Of a stretch of 64,000 nucleotides of DNA, positions 43,169-59,383 are shown piece after piece (within the stretch, counting starts at the first letter, position 1; every line of letters starts with the position of its first letter). The position numbers and the translations under genes are program-made. The notes beneath the pieces are model-generated. The model saw only the letters and a program-made list of their open reading frames with translations. It made no database searches and was not told where the DNA came from. Origin of the DNA: the human T2T-CHM13v2.0 reference genome, Homo sapiens; the NCBI RefSeq assembly GCF_009914755.1, contig NC_060930.1. One strand, 5' to 3'.

Positions 43169-44608
43169 TCATTATCTGTTTTCATGTGAGGCAAGTGAGA
43201 TTGGAGATATTTGAATGTGAAAACACAGAGAGGAATTGTATGTGGATAAGGGCAATGTGGACTCTGGAGTCAGATTTCCTGAATTCATAGTTTAGCCCTG
43301 TTGCAGATGATAGTTTAGATCTGTTGCAGATGATGCATGTAACTTGAATTTAATCTCTGTGTGCTTCAGTTTCTTATCTGTAAAATGGAGTATACATAAT
43401 AATGAGCTCATACATGTGAAGCATAAAAAATAGTACTAAACATGTAATAAGTACTTGAATTTTAAGTATTACTTGGAAATGGGGTTTGAAGTTAAAAAAA
43501 TAACAGTAAAACTAACATTGAGCTTACTTGGTTCCATACACCTTCTAAGGGCTTTACTTCTACTAAGTCACTTAACTCTCACAGTAGGCACTATTATTAT
43601 TCCCATTTCATCAATGAAATAGGCCAAGATCACATAGCAAGATTAGTGGGTGGTGGAGCTTGGGTTGGAAGTCAAACAGTCTGACTCTGGCCTCCACTCT
43701 TAACCACGACACTGTATTGTTTCATGTTCATTTACTATACCCTTACATTCTCGAAATAATACAAATACATGTTCACGTTAAAATGATTCTCTGGGATGAC
43801 TCTGAGCTATTTGCCATCTTTACTTTTTGTGCTGGGTAAAGTATATCTAAGATGGAAATAAAGATTGGGGTATTTTCTGCATTATGGAATAAAATAAAAT
43901 TGCTTTTGTCAGATGTTTTCAAATAGTGACTAAGTGCCAAGTAATTGACCATACTACTACTTTCTTCTGGATCTTTTGTCTACCATTTCTTAGTTGTGAA
44001 CATAAATATGTCATGGAATTATAATGACAACTATGTTGGGAAGAAACAACCACCAAAAGATAACTCACCCCTTTCACCTTAACGTATCAACTGTTTCACC
44101 TTATTATCCCAGCTTTGGGTTTTATTCAGTTGTAACATATTGGTAGAGTTTAAAGTTTGCATCCTACCTGTTTACTCTGTGCTTCTGGTGTAGTACATGC
44201 TACTTTGTCACTTCTGATGTGTTTCTAGTCATAATCAGAGTAAACTCAAAAACCCAAAAGTGTGGAAAAAAATCTCTTTATTAAAACAATTTGAACATGG
44301 TTTATAAGGATCATTGAATATATATATATATAAATGATGTATAAACAAACTTGGAAGCCCTTCAGTATGGGAGTTCAGATTTATTAGCTGTGTATACTTT
44401 AACAAATTTTCTATTTGACCCAGCACTGGTTTTTCAATTCTAAAATGAGGACCATAATTCCCAGTTCGGAGAGCAGTTTTGAGAATCAAATGACATAGTA
44501 TATTTAAATTGCTTATCACAGTGCCTGGCACATAGAAAATACTTAATAAAGAGAGATACCACTGTGATTATTTGTTCTAGTATTACCTTCAATAAAGGAA
44601 ACTTTCTT

Positions 44609-44943
<335 letters not shown>

Positions 44944-45327
44944 CTATCAAATGGGCTTGGCTGCTTCCTAAAAACCCAATGGAAGCATCCTTTTTAACAA
45001 CTGCTTCCCTTAATTTTATTAACATTTTATATGAGTATATGATAGAAGATGTACCTCTATTAAATAGCTTTTAAGAAGCTTTGGGAATTCCTATTTTTGG
45101 CTTAAAGCTTGTATTAGAGATTTATGTTCTTTGAATTAATGTTGAGAGGCAAGTTTTATAAGAAAGTAAGAGTGATATATAGTTCCTGGTTCTGCAGTCT
45201 ACCTACTCACTGTGTAACCCTAACAAACGACATCATATTTATACGTCAATTTTTCTACAAGAAGAATGTAAATAATTTGTAAAATCTTAAACTCTTAAAG
45301 GAGACATGCTATTAAGACACAAGATGA

Positions 45328-45763
<436 letters not shown>

Positions 45764-45969
45764 TAGTAAATTGTTCCTACAGTTCCTTGAAGCTCATCTT
45801 CTCACAGAGAAGGACTGTATTTAACTTCGAGGCTTATGAACATTTAAATTACCAAGGCTTTCCTCCATCACAGGGAGGAACAACCGTCTCTAGTCTTAAT
45901 ATAAATATTTTTATGAGAATTCCAAAAGAGAACAAGTAGATTTATCTGCATTTTTTGTGTAATCAACAG

Positions 45970-46183
45970 GACAGTTTTGGCATGTGACTGACTTACACTT
46001 AGACCCTACTTACCACATCACAGATGACCACACAAAAGTGTGTGCTTCATCTAAAGGTGCAAATGCCTCCAACCCTGGCCCTTTTGGAGATGTTCTGTGT
46101 GATTCTCCATATCAACTTATTTTGTCAGCATTTGATTTTATTAAAAATTCTGGACAAGAAGCATCTTTCATGATATGGACAGG
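45970..46183 (+). CDS. SMPDL3A: SMPDL3A exon 2 (GQFWHVTDLHLDP...MIWTG)
   Basis: Acceptor CAACAG|, donor GG|GTAAGT; metallophosphoesterase DxH motif; 214 nt. Confidence 0.98.
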
Positions 46184-47116
46184 GTAAGTGATTATACAAG
46201 TACCATTAATTACTCAATATTTATTTACAGTGTCCTAAGCTTCATAAGAGTGCTGAATTCCATAATAAGATTAGTTACATTTTAAGAGTTATTTGAGTTA
46301 AAAAAACACTAGGTCAAACTAATCAACATTATTAGAGGTAAGAACAATTTTAGAAGTGTTTTTTTTTGGAATACAGATTTCAGAAATATGTCAGTGTTAA
46401 CTAAGAGATGAATCCATAAACAGCACACTTGCATCAATATCTTGAGGTGTTGATATTAGGTCTTCATGAAATTATCAAAGACAAAAGGCAATAATGGAAG
46501 TTTACCTGTCATGACAATTTTGTAAAGCATCATCTTCTGGCAGTATAACTAACTGGTTCCCTTCATCATTATAGGGTGAAGAGGCCCATATTTCTTTACC
46601 TGGAATAATGACCATGGCTAATACTTGTAGAATATTTACTTGGGGCTTGGCACTGTTTTAATTAACTTATACATTGTAACTTATTTAATTTTTACAATGG
46701 ATATTATTATTCCCATTTTACAGATGAGGAAATGAAGGCACTGAACATCTAAGTAACTTACGAGTATACACAACTAGTAATTGGCAAAGCTGGGATTTGA
46801 AATAGGCATTTGGGCTCTGGTTCAATTGGCATCTGCTTTTAATTATTGCAGTTTTTAGCCTCTTATAAATCTTCAGTCAGGTAGTGAAATAGGCTGGGAT
46901 TTCCAGCTTATTTTTTGTATTATATTTTGTTAATTTTCTTTTATAGGATTATCTGTAGGGTAGAGGTAAGTGAAGAGTAGTCTATCAACTCTTTAGCTGT
47001 AATCTGCTGTTTTAAAATGGAAGTCTGCAGTGATAGGTATAGCAACGCATCATGCATAAGTCTAGTAACTCTTTATGAAACTGATTTTGTTCTTTACAAT
47101 CTCTCTCTTTTTTCAG

Positions 47117-47261
47117 GGATAGCCCACCTCATGTTCCTGTACCTGAACTCTCAACAGACACTGTTATAAATGTGATCACTAATATGACAACCACCATCCA
47201 GAGTCTCTTTCCAAATCTCCAGGTTTTCCCTGCGCTGGGTAATCATGACTATTGGCCACAG
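47117..47261 (+). CDS. SMPDL3A: SMPDL3A exon 3 (DSPPHVPVPELS...ALGNHDYWPQ)
   Basis: Acceptor TTTCAG|, donor CAG|GTAAAT; GD and GNHD motifs; 145 nt; missed by the ORF track. Confidence 0.98.
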
Positions 47262-47951
47262 GTAAATTTGATAGACTTTCAGAAATGCTTAAAGAATTTT
47301 TCCTATTAGTAGTGTCAAAATTGTGACAATAACTAGCTAGTGATAGGGCATGGGAATGGGTCTTATAGAGGGAGAATATGGTCTTAATCCTAACCATCAA
47401 GAAAGGCAAAGACAAGTACTTCGGGGACTGTAAAAGTAATCTTTTAATACTTCATGAGAAGTTGTATCAATAGTGAGTTTTCAGAATAAAATTATCCAGT
47501 TTGTGGATGATTAATTTATGTTTTCCTTCATAATCTTCTTCAATTTCTCTTTTCTTTTGAGTAATGTTCTGGTTCATTTGCATGTCCATGACAAGGTTAG
47601 CAAGTAAGGTTAATATTGATAAATATTTACTTTTTCCAGAATTCTTATTAGACCTACAAGGATGTGCATACCCTGATGTAAGCTAGACTGTAAATAAAAA
47701 CAAAAACTTACAAATTGCCATAAGAAGCAAAGAGGAAGGAGGTCCATGTTCAAGTCATAGTTTATCTAATTAAGACATGATTCAAGGCAGAAACCATGTT
47801 CAGAGCATTTAATGCCTGAGATACCCCCGGCTCAACAGGTTTTTATTTGAGAACCAACCTGTGCATAACAGCAAGATGGCCGTCCGGTTTACAGCATCCT
47901 ATTGTAGTAGTGTAAAATCTTAGATTTGTACCCAGAGATTTTTGTTTAAGT

Positions 47952-48122
47952 CCAGGGCTGGGCAATTGTCTCCTGTGGTACAAATTCAGCCTGTTGCTTG
48001 TTTTTGTAAATAAAGTTTTATTGGAACACAGCTATGTTTCCATTCATTCTACATTGCTTTTGATTGTTTCATGTTTCAGAATAGAGCAGTTGAAATGGAT
48101 AGAAAAAGTTTGCTGACCCCTG
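47952..48122. mobile_element. MER58A-like hAT MITE
   Basis: CAGGGCTGGGCAA...TTTTTGTAAATAAAGTTTTATTGGAACACAGC...AAGTTTGCTGACCCCTG with terminal inverted repeats. Confidence 0.75.
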
Positions 48123-50254
48123 GTCTAGACCTACCCTTCATTTTGTAGGTGAGAAAATGAAGGCTCAGAAATGTGAATTACTTGTCCAAGTGCTCCACAT
48201 CCCTTGGGAGCAGAGCCCATACGCTAGATCTTTTTACCTCAGATCTGTGTTCGCTTAAACCAACATCCTTTTGCACATCCCTTGCCTTGCCTGATTAACA
48301 TACTCAATATTTCCCAAACATATCTACTTTCACGCCTCTCTGTGTCCACATTTTTCTCTTTGCTTAGAATATCTTCCATCTCATGTCAAATGAATGCTGA
48401 ACGGGGGTTTTGATTATTTTTAGTTAATCGAACCTGAATACAGTAATTTTGATGAGTTGTATTCTAGAATAAGCTTAAGTTTCCAGTGACTTCTTGTCCC
48501 TGGCCTACTATCTTGAGATGAGTAATATGTGAGTCCTTTTGAGTCAGCCTGTCAACGAGCATTTGTTCCTGTTGATATGTTAGACCACACAGTGAAGAGG
48601 CTTGGGAACAAATGAGCTCCAGCAGCCCAAGGTCACACACATTGTGTTTATATGCCTTAGGTGGCAGGAAGACTGGAATATTGGAAAACACAGGTGTTCA
48701 TAGTCACTAGAATGTAAATCTTTAACCAGCCCTGCTTTCCACTCCCTCCCTCTCCGCCACCACACCTCCCTCCCAGCCCTGCTTTTAATAGCTTGGCCAA
48801 CTCGGGTGATTCACTTAACCTCGCTGATGCAGAGATCACTCATTTGTACATAGAAGCTAGAAATACCTACCTTGCAAAGCTTTTGTGAGCATTGGTGATA
48901 TGAAAAAGGCATAGCTTACTATCTGGCACAGCATCAGCCCTCAGTAAGTGGGCTGGTGGTGATTGTCACATTAAGTGGTGACAGGGGATACATGTTTGTA
49001 ACTCCTTTGAGGATTTGTTTGATTTTATTTTTATCTCTGTCCTCTTTTTGTCAAGTCAGATCTTACAATTCAAAGACAGAAATGCTACCTAACTTCTATA
49101 ACATATCCTATTATATTAATATATACAGCTAGGGTAAATTGGGCAGCCTACATACCTTTAACAGTTAATTTTTTTTCTCTTTCTAGCTTATGATCTTATA
49201 TCTAAAAATGTTCTTTCTGTTATTCTACTACCATCTTTCCACCTCACAGTTTCGGAAATGTCAAATGTAACATGAAAGCTCCACAACAAAATTTCTTAGA
49301 GGCTGATGTCTGAGATCTAACTCTGGAGAATGTTAGAAACAAATAAATTTCATAAGTGCTATTTTTCCACTGAAATTCTATGTTCATGCAGCATAGCTAC
49401 ATAAATATACATATACAGATGCATGTCCCCACCCATGACATCAGAAGTAGGTATCAGTGTGGACATCCTGGAGAATTCTTCCTGTTGCCACCCAAGGAAG
49501 GGTCCCCATTTACTCCTACACTGGCAAGACTGGTGCCACCGAATTTGTGGGTAGGTCACTTTCCATTAGGCTTCATTTCTCAGCAGTGGTTATGTCACAG
49601 CCAAAAAGGACTGGGAAGGAAACATGGTGCAATAGACAATTGACTGTGAGAGTAATCATGGGATTTAGACCAGCCCTGAGACTGACACCTATCCCTGGAT
49701 AAGCCATCTAACTTCTCTGGTGCTTGTGTTTCTCATGTTTAAAATAGAGAAGAAAGTCTAAGTGATTTTTACATAATTCTAAGCTTCTCCATCACCACAC
49801 CATACTTGGCATCCATCCCAAAGTAAATAAATGGCCAAGACTTTATGGCTTTTTATTATATGATGATAACGATGCGTACCAATTTTCAATCAGAATCTAG
49901 ATTGGCCTAAGCTGTTGTGTAATTCTCAGACAGGCGACCCTGATCTTGGACACAAACTGAAAATACATGTTTAGTCCAATTAAAACAAGTCATTTGGTTA
50001 TTACTTGCCCTATATGTATCTATATGTTCATCATGTATTAGACGCATGTATCAAGAACTACTAGGACTTGGGCATCTTCTTGAAAAATAACTTTTGATAA
50101 ACTCCTCTCAGAAATAGGTCTATTTTACCAATGTACAGAAGTAAATGAAGAGAGTGAAGAAGGGGTTTCAGTCATTTAACATAATTTTTTAAAACAAAAT
50201 TAAAAACAATTATCCAATTCACAAATGATTTATGGGTTTTTATTCAGTATTTAC

Positions 50255-50426
50255 TTTTTTTTTTTTTTTTTTTTGAAACAGGGTCTTTTTCTGTTGCCCA
50301 GGCTGGAGTGCAGTGCAGTGGCACAATCATAGATAAATGCAGCCTCGCCCTCTGGGGCTCAAGCTGTCCTCCTGGCTTAGCCTTTCAAAGTGCTGAGATT
50401 ACAGGCATGAATCACCATGCCCTGCT
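50255..50426 (-). mobile_element. Short Alu (deleted/monomeric)
   Basis: Poly-T plus Alu ends; TSD TTCAGTATTTA. Confidence 0.85.
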
Positions 50427-51024
50427 TCAGTATTTAACTTTCTTAAAGTTTTGTTTGTTTGTTTTCCTCCAGGCGAGGCTCCCCATTTACTTCTACACTA
50501 GAGCTTATGTCATCCTGAAGATACTTTATGATAATAAAAATGTTTTGTACTTAAAATGTGTTATTTAAAAAATCAAAATATTTTGATATAATTTATGCTG
50601 CCCTAAAGAGACTTCTCCAAATCAAAAGCATGTGGTTGTAAATCTTTATTCAAAGAGTTAAGAAGCTTATAATAGTTTGAACAGTTCAGAAGACTTTGTT
50701 AAATTCTAAAACATGATGTTTTCCCGTTCCCTCGGCATGCTGCATCGGGCAGTGCATGTGCAGGCTCAAACCTGCCTTTGGCATCTCTTTAATGAGCACA
50801 CTCCCACATCCTTCCCATATCCTAGCCATGCTAAAACATGAGCTTTTCTCTGTACATGGTACACACCTATGGAACTCTGTGCTTTTGCCTGTGCCTATGC
50901 CTATGCCTATGTTTGTATCTGGGCCATTGCATTTGCTTTGATGCCCTTTTGTTAAGTTGATAAAGTCCTTATTTAAGGCCTGGCTTAAATAGTCTCTTCA
51001 CTCTCTAATTCCCTGGGCTACACC

Positions 51025-51343
51025 TTTTTTGTTTGTTTGTTTGTTTGTTTTTTTGTTTTTTGAGCCAGAGCCTCACTCAGTTGCCCAGGCTGAAGTGCAG
51101 TGGTGCGATCTTGGCTCACTGCAACCTTCGCCTCACGGATTCCAGTGATTTTCCTGCCTCAGCCTCCCAAGTAGCTATGATTATGGGTGCTCACCACCAT
51201 GCCTGGGTAATTTTTGTGTTTGTAGTAGAGATGGGGTTTCACCATATTGGCCAGACACTTCTTGAACTTCTGACCTCAAGTGATCCGCCTGCCTTGGCCT
51301 CCCAAAGTGCTGGGATTATAGGCATGAGCCACTGCACCTGGCC
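51025..51343 (-). mobile_element. AluS SINE
   Basis: (TTTG)n tail; TSD GGCTACAC. Confidence 0.92.
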
Positions 51344-51602
51344 CTTGGCTACACTTGATTGTTCTTGCTTCTAGGCTCCCCGGACCTCTGGGTAGTGCCC
51401 AGCACATTGTCTTATAGTTAATTGGTTACATTTTATCCCCCAGTCTCCAACTAAGTTATAATTCCTTGAAGATGAAGTCTATCTAATAATCATCCTTGCA
51501 TCTCTAGATGCCTAACGTAGTAGTCAGTGCTCAAGTAGTGTTTACATTAATTCAGCTGTGTATCTTTAAATTTCAATGGTGGATTATATTGTTTGTGGCC
51601 AG

Positions 51603-51699
51603 GATCAACTGCCTGTAGTCACCAGTAAAGTGTACAATGCAGTAGCAAACCTCTGGAAACCATGGCTAGATGAAGAAGCTATTAGTACTTTAAGGAAAG
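51603..51699 (+). CDS. SMPDL3A: SMPDL3A exon 4 (DQLPVVTSKVYNAVANLWKPWLDEEAISTLRKG)
   Basis: Acceptor GGCCAG|, donor G|GTAAGT; 97 nt, phase consistent. Confidence 0.96.
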
Positions 51700-52487
51700 G
51701 TAAGTGAAAGACTTAGTTATTCCTATTTTGCCTCAATTTTTATTCATGTTATTTAGACTTAAATTTTTAATGTTTGCTTGAGTGTGCCACTTCTGGAGCA
51801 CAGCCCCCAGTTTTTGTGGAGGACAGTGAGTAGTAATGCTGCCTGTGACACAGGTCGTGAACCTGTTTATCTTGCAGGGAGCTCTTCCTGTTTTTCTTCT
51901 ATTCTTTTTTCTTCTTCTACTCTTAATTAGGTAGGTATGTTCCCCATGGAGCAAAAGCTGAACTTTGGATTTGAATGTAAATAAAAGTGTATGTTTCTAA
52001 TTGGAAAATTGATTGAGAAGAGAGAATGGACACTAACTTCTAACCAAGCAGCACAATTTTATAAAACAAAGAGCTGGTAAAGTGAGGATAACTAAGCTTT
52101 TAACATGGACTTTGAGGTGCTTGGGAAAGTAATGCATAATTAGTGCATAGTAAGGCCTTCCCTGGGTCATGTCTAAAGGCCCTCTGCTCCACTGGCTCTT
52201 GACACATCATTATGTAAATCCCTGACATTTTGTGAGCTTAACTGAGGTGTGCAGCTGTTAAACTAAGACTTTGGTGTTTTCAGAATGTTGAGACAAATAT
52301 TAAGTTAATGGCTAGACTTCTCTCAGTTAAAATACTTCTTTCGGTATTTTTGTTAACCCTTTGGCTTTTGCCACTATTTTGTTATTGTTTTTGCTAGCAT
52401 GCAGCAAATCATAGTATATATGAATTTGAGACATGATAGCTTAGAATTAGACTATGGTTCTGATTAATCTAGGGAACTATATCTAGT

Positions 52488-52849
<362 letters not shown>

Positions 52850-53956
52850 TGAAGGGAGAGCCATAAAGAATGATCAAGATCCCTAAAGAAATGCTCTGCC
52901 TTCTAAGGAGACTCAGCATAAAGCAGGGGAGGCAGAAAAAAGCTGAGAAGTGGAATGCAGGCCCTAAGAAAAAGCCATATGAGTTTCATAATGATATCCA
53001 TTCCAATGATAGCCCTCAAAGATCCAGTTAAACACTGGAGTATAATATTAAGTTAAAAATCATAGAAGCCATCCTGAGAAAGTCTTAAAGGCAAAAGTGA
53101 TTTGGGGCAGAGATGTCTTGCATGAGGGGCCTCAAACTTTGTCATCCCAGAGGCCCTAGTGAGACCTGTTGTCATTTTCTACTACTTGGACATGAAAGCA
53201 GCTTCTCAAAAATAACTTCTGACAAATTCAAACCCAACTGACCTGCTAGTACCATAATAAAAATAATAAGGTGTTGTGACTACAAGAAAGAATAGAGAAA
53301 ATTAAAGGGGCAGTGATCCATCATGATTGAAAGCTAGGGAAAGCCGTGCATAGTGAGTAGGCTCAGGGCAAAGAAAGCTGGGCCAGATCTTAGTGCCCAG
53401 CTCTGAAAGTGCCATTGCAACAGACCCTTGGGTGTCCCACCACCAGTGGTTCAGAGGCGTGGGTGGAATGATGCCTTTAAACCTCCTCTCCCCTGAGATT
53501 GTAGCAGCTGTGGTTTGTCTGACCTTTTTTTCCGAGTAGTCTCTAGCAAGATCCATATGTGTTACCATTTTTTGGATTTTATATTTCACAATGTCTCTCA
53601 TCTTAAGCCCCTAATCATAAAAGTAGAAGTTGATGTGTAAATCTTTCTTTCATAAAACTCAATCTCATTGCTTACTGCCGAAACACTTATTTATCTTTTC
53701 ATGTGAATATTGGATACAGCTGTTGTTATCTCAATATGTTGGAAGCGATAGCACGGGGCCTGGCACCATAGCAGGTTTGCAGTAAATGCTTGCTAAATCT
53801 GATTCTTATCTAATGACAGCCTATCTATGTGCAAACTAAACAATGAGAAATAAGCACCAACCTCCTGACTGGATTGTAAACCTCAGGAATTTGCTTTCAC
53901 AATGTTTGTGTGTATGTGTATGTTTTCCTAAATGTGTTTTAAAATTGTTTTTATAG

Positions 53957-54126
53957 GTGGTTTTTATTCACAGAAAGTTACAACTAATCCAAACCTTAGG
54001 ATCATCAGTCTAAACACAAACTTGTACTACGGCCCAAATATAATGACACTGAACAAGACTGACCCAGCCAACCAGTTTGAATGGCTAGAAAGTACATTGA
54101 ACAACTCTCAGCAGAATAAGGAGAAG
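53957..54126 (+). CDS. SMPDL3A: SMPDL3A exon 5 (GGFYSQKVTTNPNLRIISLNTNLYY...QQNKEK)
   Basis: Acceptor TTATAG|, donor AAG|GTAGAT; 170 nt. Confidence 0.97.
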
Positions 54127-54232
54127 GTAGATCCCATAGACCAAAACCATCTGGGAATAAACGGAAGGCAAAATTTGTATGTTTATTAAACTCGGGGTAG
54201 ACTCCAGTATCAATAAAAGTATTATAATTTGA

Positions 54233-54895
<663 letters not shown>

Positions 54896-55201
54896 AGCAA
54901 GTTTTATTTTGTTTTGCTTTTACTGCTTTTAGGATTAGTGGACATCTATTGGTATAAAAAGAGGCCAATTCAAAAAATTGTGACTGAAGTCACAGTTGCC
55001 TTATATCATCAACAGTGTACAAATATAGTGACCCTAATAGTTTTATAATTTCATCTCTTTTTCTTATAAATAGAAGAGATGATATATTTGCTTTCTAAAT
55101 TTTAATTAATATACTTTCAATCTTGGGTATCCAAATGTCATTTAGTTATGATGAATGTGCAGAAAGATTCTCATGAGGCCTTTTTGTGTTTCTTTTTCCA
55201 G

Positions 55202-55382
55202 GTGTATATCATAGCACATGTTCCAGTGGGGTATCTGCCATCTTCACAGAACATCACAGCAATGAGAGAATACTATAATGAGAAATTGATAGATATTTTT
55301 CAAAAATACAGTGATGTCATTGCAGGACAATTTTATGGACACACTCACAGAGACAGCATTATGGTTCTTTCAGATAAAAAAG
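55202..55382 (+). CDS. SMPDL3A: SMPDL3A exon 6 (VYIIAHVPVG...FYGHTHRDSIMVLSDKKG)
   Basis: Acceptor TTCCAG|, donor G|GTAATG; H and GHxH metal ligands; 181 nt. Confidence 0.98.
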
Positions 55383-55916
55383 GTAATGTAATGCTGTGTT
55401 TGCATCTCCCCAGTCTAAGAGTCTAGAGCAAAGCGGTGAATATCCAGTAAATTTGCTGATTTAGTAAATTAAACGTTTTATTTAAAAATCTGCCAGCATT
55501 AGCCTTTTCTGAATTATCCTCAATGGTTGTATGATGAGTGTCCAAATCACAACATTAGGCCTGCAGCTGGATTTCTTCAACGTAAGCTCCTATTAGCTCC
55601 ACAGGGCCAGCGTTACTTATTTGCTGTCAACACAAAAGCCTCAGAAACCCTCAGCTCACTCAAATGTTCTTTTAAATCTTCGAGTTTAAAGAAATATCAC
55701 TCTATTTTAACTGCTACACTCAAGTTTCTTTTGATGCTACATGTTTTATTTCTCAGAATTTAGAAAGCAAAGCACAATTTACACAACGGCTTAAAATAAA
55801 ATATATTAAGCTCTTACTTGCAAGTTCTTATTGATACATATATAAGCAGAGAGAATGATACAAACAAACCTCCTATGTACTCAACACTCACATTCAACAT
55901 CTATCAAGATTTTTCA

Positions 55917-56185
<269 letters not shown>

Positions 56186-56525
56186 TTATATTCTTTTAAT
56201 TTTTTGCTGGAGTATTTGAAAGTGAATCTCAAACACTGGATCCATTTTGGCACTACATATTCTATATTCATTGCTAAAATATATGGATAATTTACATAAC
56301 CACAAACTTAGTTAACAAAATCAACAATAATTATCTGGTATCAATAACAAAAATGTCCCTATTTTCTCCAAATTGTCTCTTTACAGTTGTTTCAAGTCAG
56401 TATCCATTAGTGATCACATATCACTTGGTTATGTCTGTTAATCTCTTAATCTGGAAACTTTATATTTTTAATATAGTTAAACTCTTATTTAAAAATGTAT
56501 GTTTATGTGCATACGTTTTGTTCAG

Positions 56526-56650
56526 GAAGTCCAGTAAATTCTTTGTTTGTGGCTCCTGCTGTTACACCAGTGAAGAGTGTTTTAGAAAAACAGACCAACA
56601 ATCCTGGTATCAGACTGTTTCAGTATGATCCTCGTGATTATAAATTATTG
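56526..56650 (+). CDS. SMPDL3A: SMPDL3A exon 7 (GSPVNSLFVAPAVTP...NNPGIRLFQYDPRDYKLL)
   Basis: Acceptor GTTCAG|, donor TTG|GTAAGT; 125 nt. Confidence 0.98.
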
Positions 56651-57187
56651 GTAAGTTGGCAGATTTCAGAGCTGACCCCATATTTATGCATATCTTTGCA
56701 GTTTTCATTAATTTAGTTGAATTTTTCTCAGGACAGTCATGTGAGATGTATTTTATGTTGAAATCTCCTGGCATCCTTCTTCTTTTTTATACTTGCAATG
56801 TTATCAGGACTTACTAAGTGTGAGCTGATGAAGTTAGTCTTTGGAAGGCTGTTTCTGTTCTGTTCTTCTAAGGACTTCACATTTATTTAGATGCTTTCAT
56901 TGGTTAGTGCCATGTTTGTGGACTTGTATACGTACTGAAATGTTTCACTAAGCCATGTTCATTCTTCTTCTCCAGAATATAAGTATCAAGAAGAGTGTAG
57001 GCTCTGTTACCATTCCCTCTCATGAGCCATTATTTCTAAACTTTTCTGTGTCCCAGTCTATTTCTCCATGAAATGGGAATTAAAATATTATTTAATTCAC
57101 TGAGTTGCTATGAGGATTGCATGAACAAATCTATGTAAAGCACTTAGAAAAACGCTTGGCTCATACTAAATGCTTAATAAATGTTAA

Positions 57188-57859
<672 letters not shown>

Positions 57860-58519
57860 TCATGGCTCCTTGCTTTAGAACAATTTAGCACAAAAGACTG
57901 GCCATTTAGCTTATGGGTACTTCAGTTTGGGTAACTTCCCCTTTCTACAAACATAATTTGAAAATAATTCACTTCAATTAAAGCCATTATTGGTATAACT
58001 GCTTTTTTTTTTCTGGATGAATTTAAATAGGAGATGGTTCTGTTATTCCCCAGAATAACAGGGAGGAGGTATGGTGGCAGAAATCTGGTTTTATTCATAA
58101 ATATTTGATTAAATGGGAAAATGAAACAATTGTGTGATAAATTAGTCCAAAAGAATTTTTTCTACAACTTTCAGTTGCCTAATTTTGGATCTGAACCTCA
58201 GATATATACATCCACACACACACGTATATATCCATCTATATATGTGTTTATGTATCTAATACACAGCATCTGAGGTTCAGACTCCAATGTATATTTACGT
58301 GTGTACATATGTACTGATGTAGGAAGATTCTCCTGATATAGCACTAAATAATTTCTAAAAATATAAAAATAATTTCTTATATAATTTCTAAATAATTTCT
58401 TAAAACACAACAACATATATAGTAAGACTCCATTTTTTTGAAAAAGCCAAAAATGTAAATAAGTATGCACATTCCAAATATTTATCTTTGTTTTGATCTA
58501 AAGCCTAGATCACCACGCA

Positions 58520-58727
58520 TACAATGGAGTACTGACAAATGTTTAACAACTATTCACTGAGGGGAAATGTGCCTTAATTGGTAGTGTTTGCCAATTTCCA
58601 TGACAGAAATACTCACATCATGGACAATTTCAAGCTACCAAAGTGCCACAGATTGACTAGCAACATTCTTAAAAATTTGACAGTCGGCTTTTGTGAGCTG
58701 GTACGAGCTGCCTTCAGCACACCACTG
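58520..58727 (-). mobile_element. MER63-like hAT element
   Basis: Ends GAGCTGGTACGAGCTGCCTTCAGCACACCACTG, the reverse complement of the MER63 terminus. Confidence 0.65.
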
Positions 58728-58878
58728 ATACACACAACCATTAGTGATGGTTACCTCTGAGGATGTGTGAATTGAAGGTTTTTTATTTTGTTCACCTCTC
58801 TTTATAGTTTGGATTACATGCTATTATGTTCTTTCATCATTTTTAAAATTGAAAAAGTGATACAGGTTTTTTATTGAG

Positions 58879-58970
58879 CCTCCCTTCCTCCCTCCCTTCC
58901 TTCCTTCCTTCCTCCCTCCCTCCCTTCCTTCCTTCCCCCCCTCCTCCCCCCTCCCTCCCTCTCCTTCTTT
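58879..58970. repeat. (CCTT/CCCT)n pyrimidine microsatellite
   Basis: Direct read; abuts the tail of the following Alu. Confidence 0.9.
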
Positions 58971-58972
58971 CT

Positions 58973-59286
58973 TATTTATTTATTGAGACAAAGTCTTGCT
59001 CTGTCACCCAGGCTGGAGTGCAGTGGCGCAATCTCGCAATCCCGGCTCACCGCAACCTCCGCCTCCCGGGTTCAAGCGATTCTTCTGCCCCAGCCTCCTG
59101 AGTAGCTGGGATTACAGGCACCCACCACTATGCCCAGCTAATTTTTTTTTTCTTTTTTGTATTTTTGGTAGAGATGGGGTTTCACCATGTTGGTCAGGCT
59201 GGTCTCAAACTCCTGACCTCAGGTAACCCACCTGCCTCAGCCTCTCAAAGTGCTAGGATTACAGGCGTGAGCCACAGCGCCAAGCC
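58973..59286 (-). mobile_element. AluSx-like SINE
   Basis: Alu dimer ending about 100 bp before the exon 8 acceptor. Confidence 0.92.
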
Positions 59287-59383
59287 TAAAATGTCACAGA
59301 AATTTAAACATGAACGCTTCTTGTTGTACAATGCCTTATGTGCCAAAAAGTGAACCAGGTTTTGTTACTGTTCTTAACTGCAG

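Noticed and set aside
42741-43214. 157-aa ORF and the many similar Alu-derived ORFs (e.g. 45400-45705, 51033-51374, 57570-57863)
   Set aside because: Translations are standard Alu frames ([23 protein letters not shown]); no coding evidence
43287-43332. 23-bp tandem duplication ATAGTTTAG(CC/AT)CTGTTGCAGATG
   Set aside because: Small slippage event inside a MIR remnant with no functional cue
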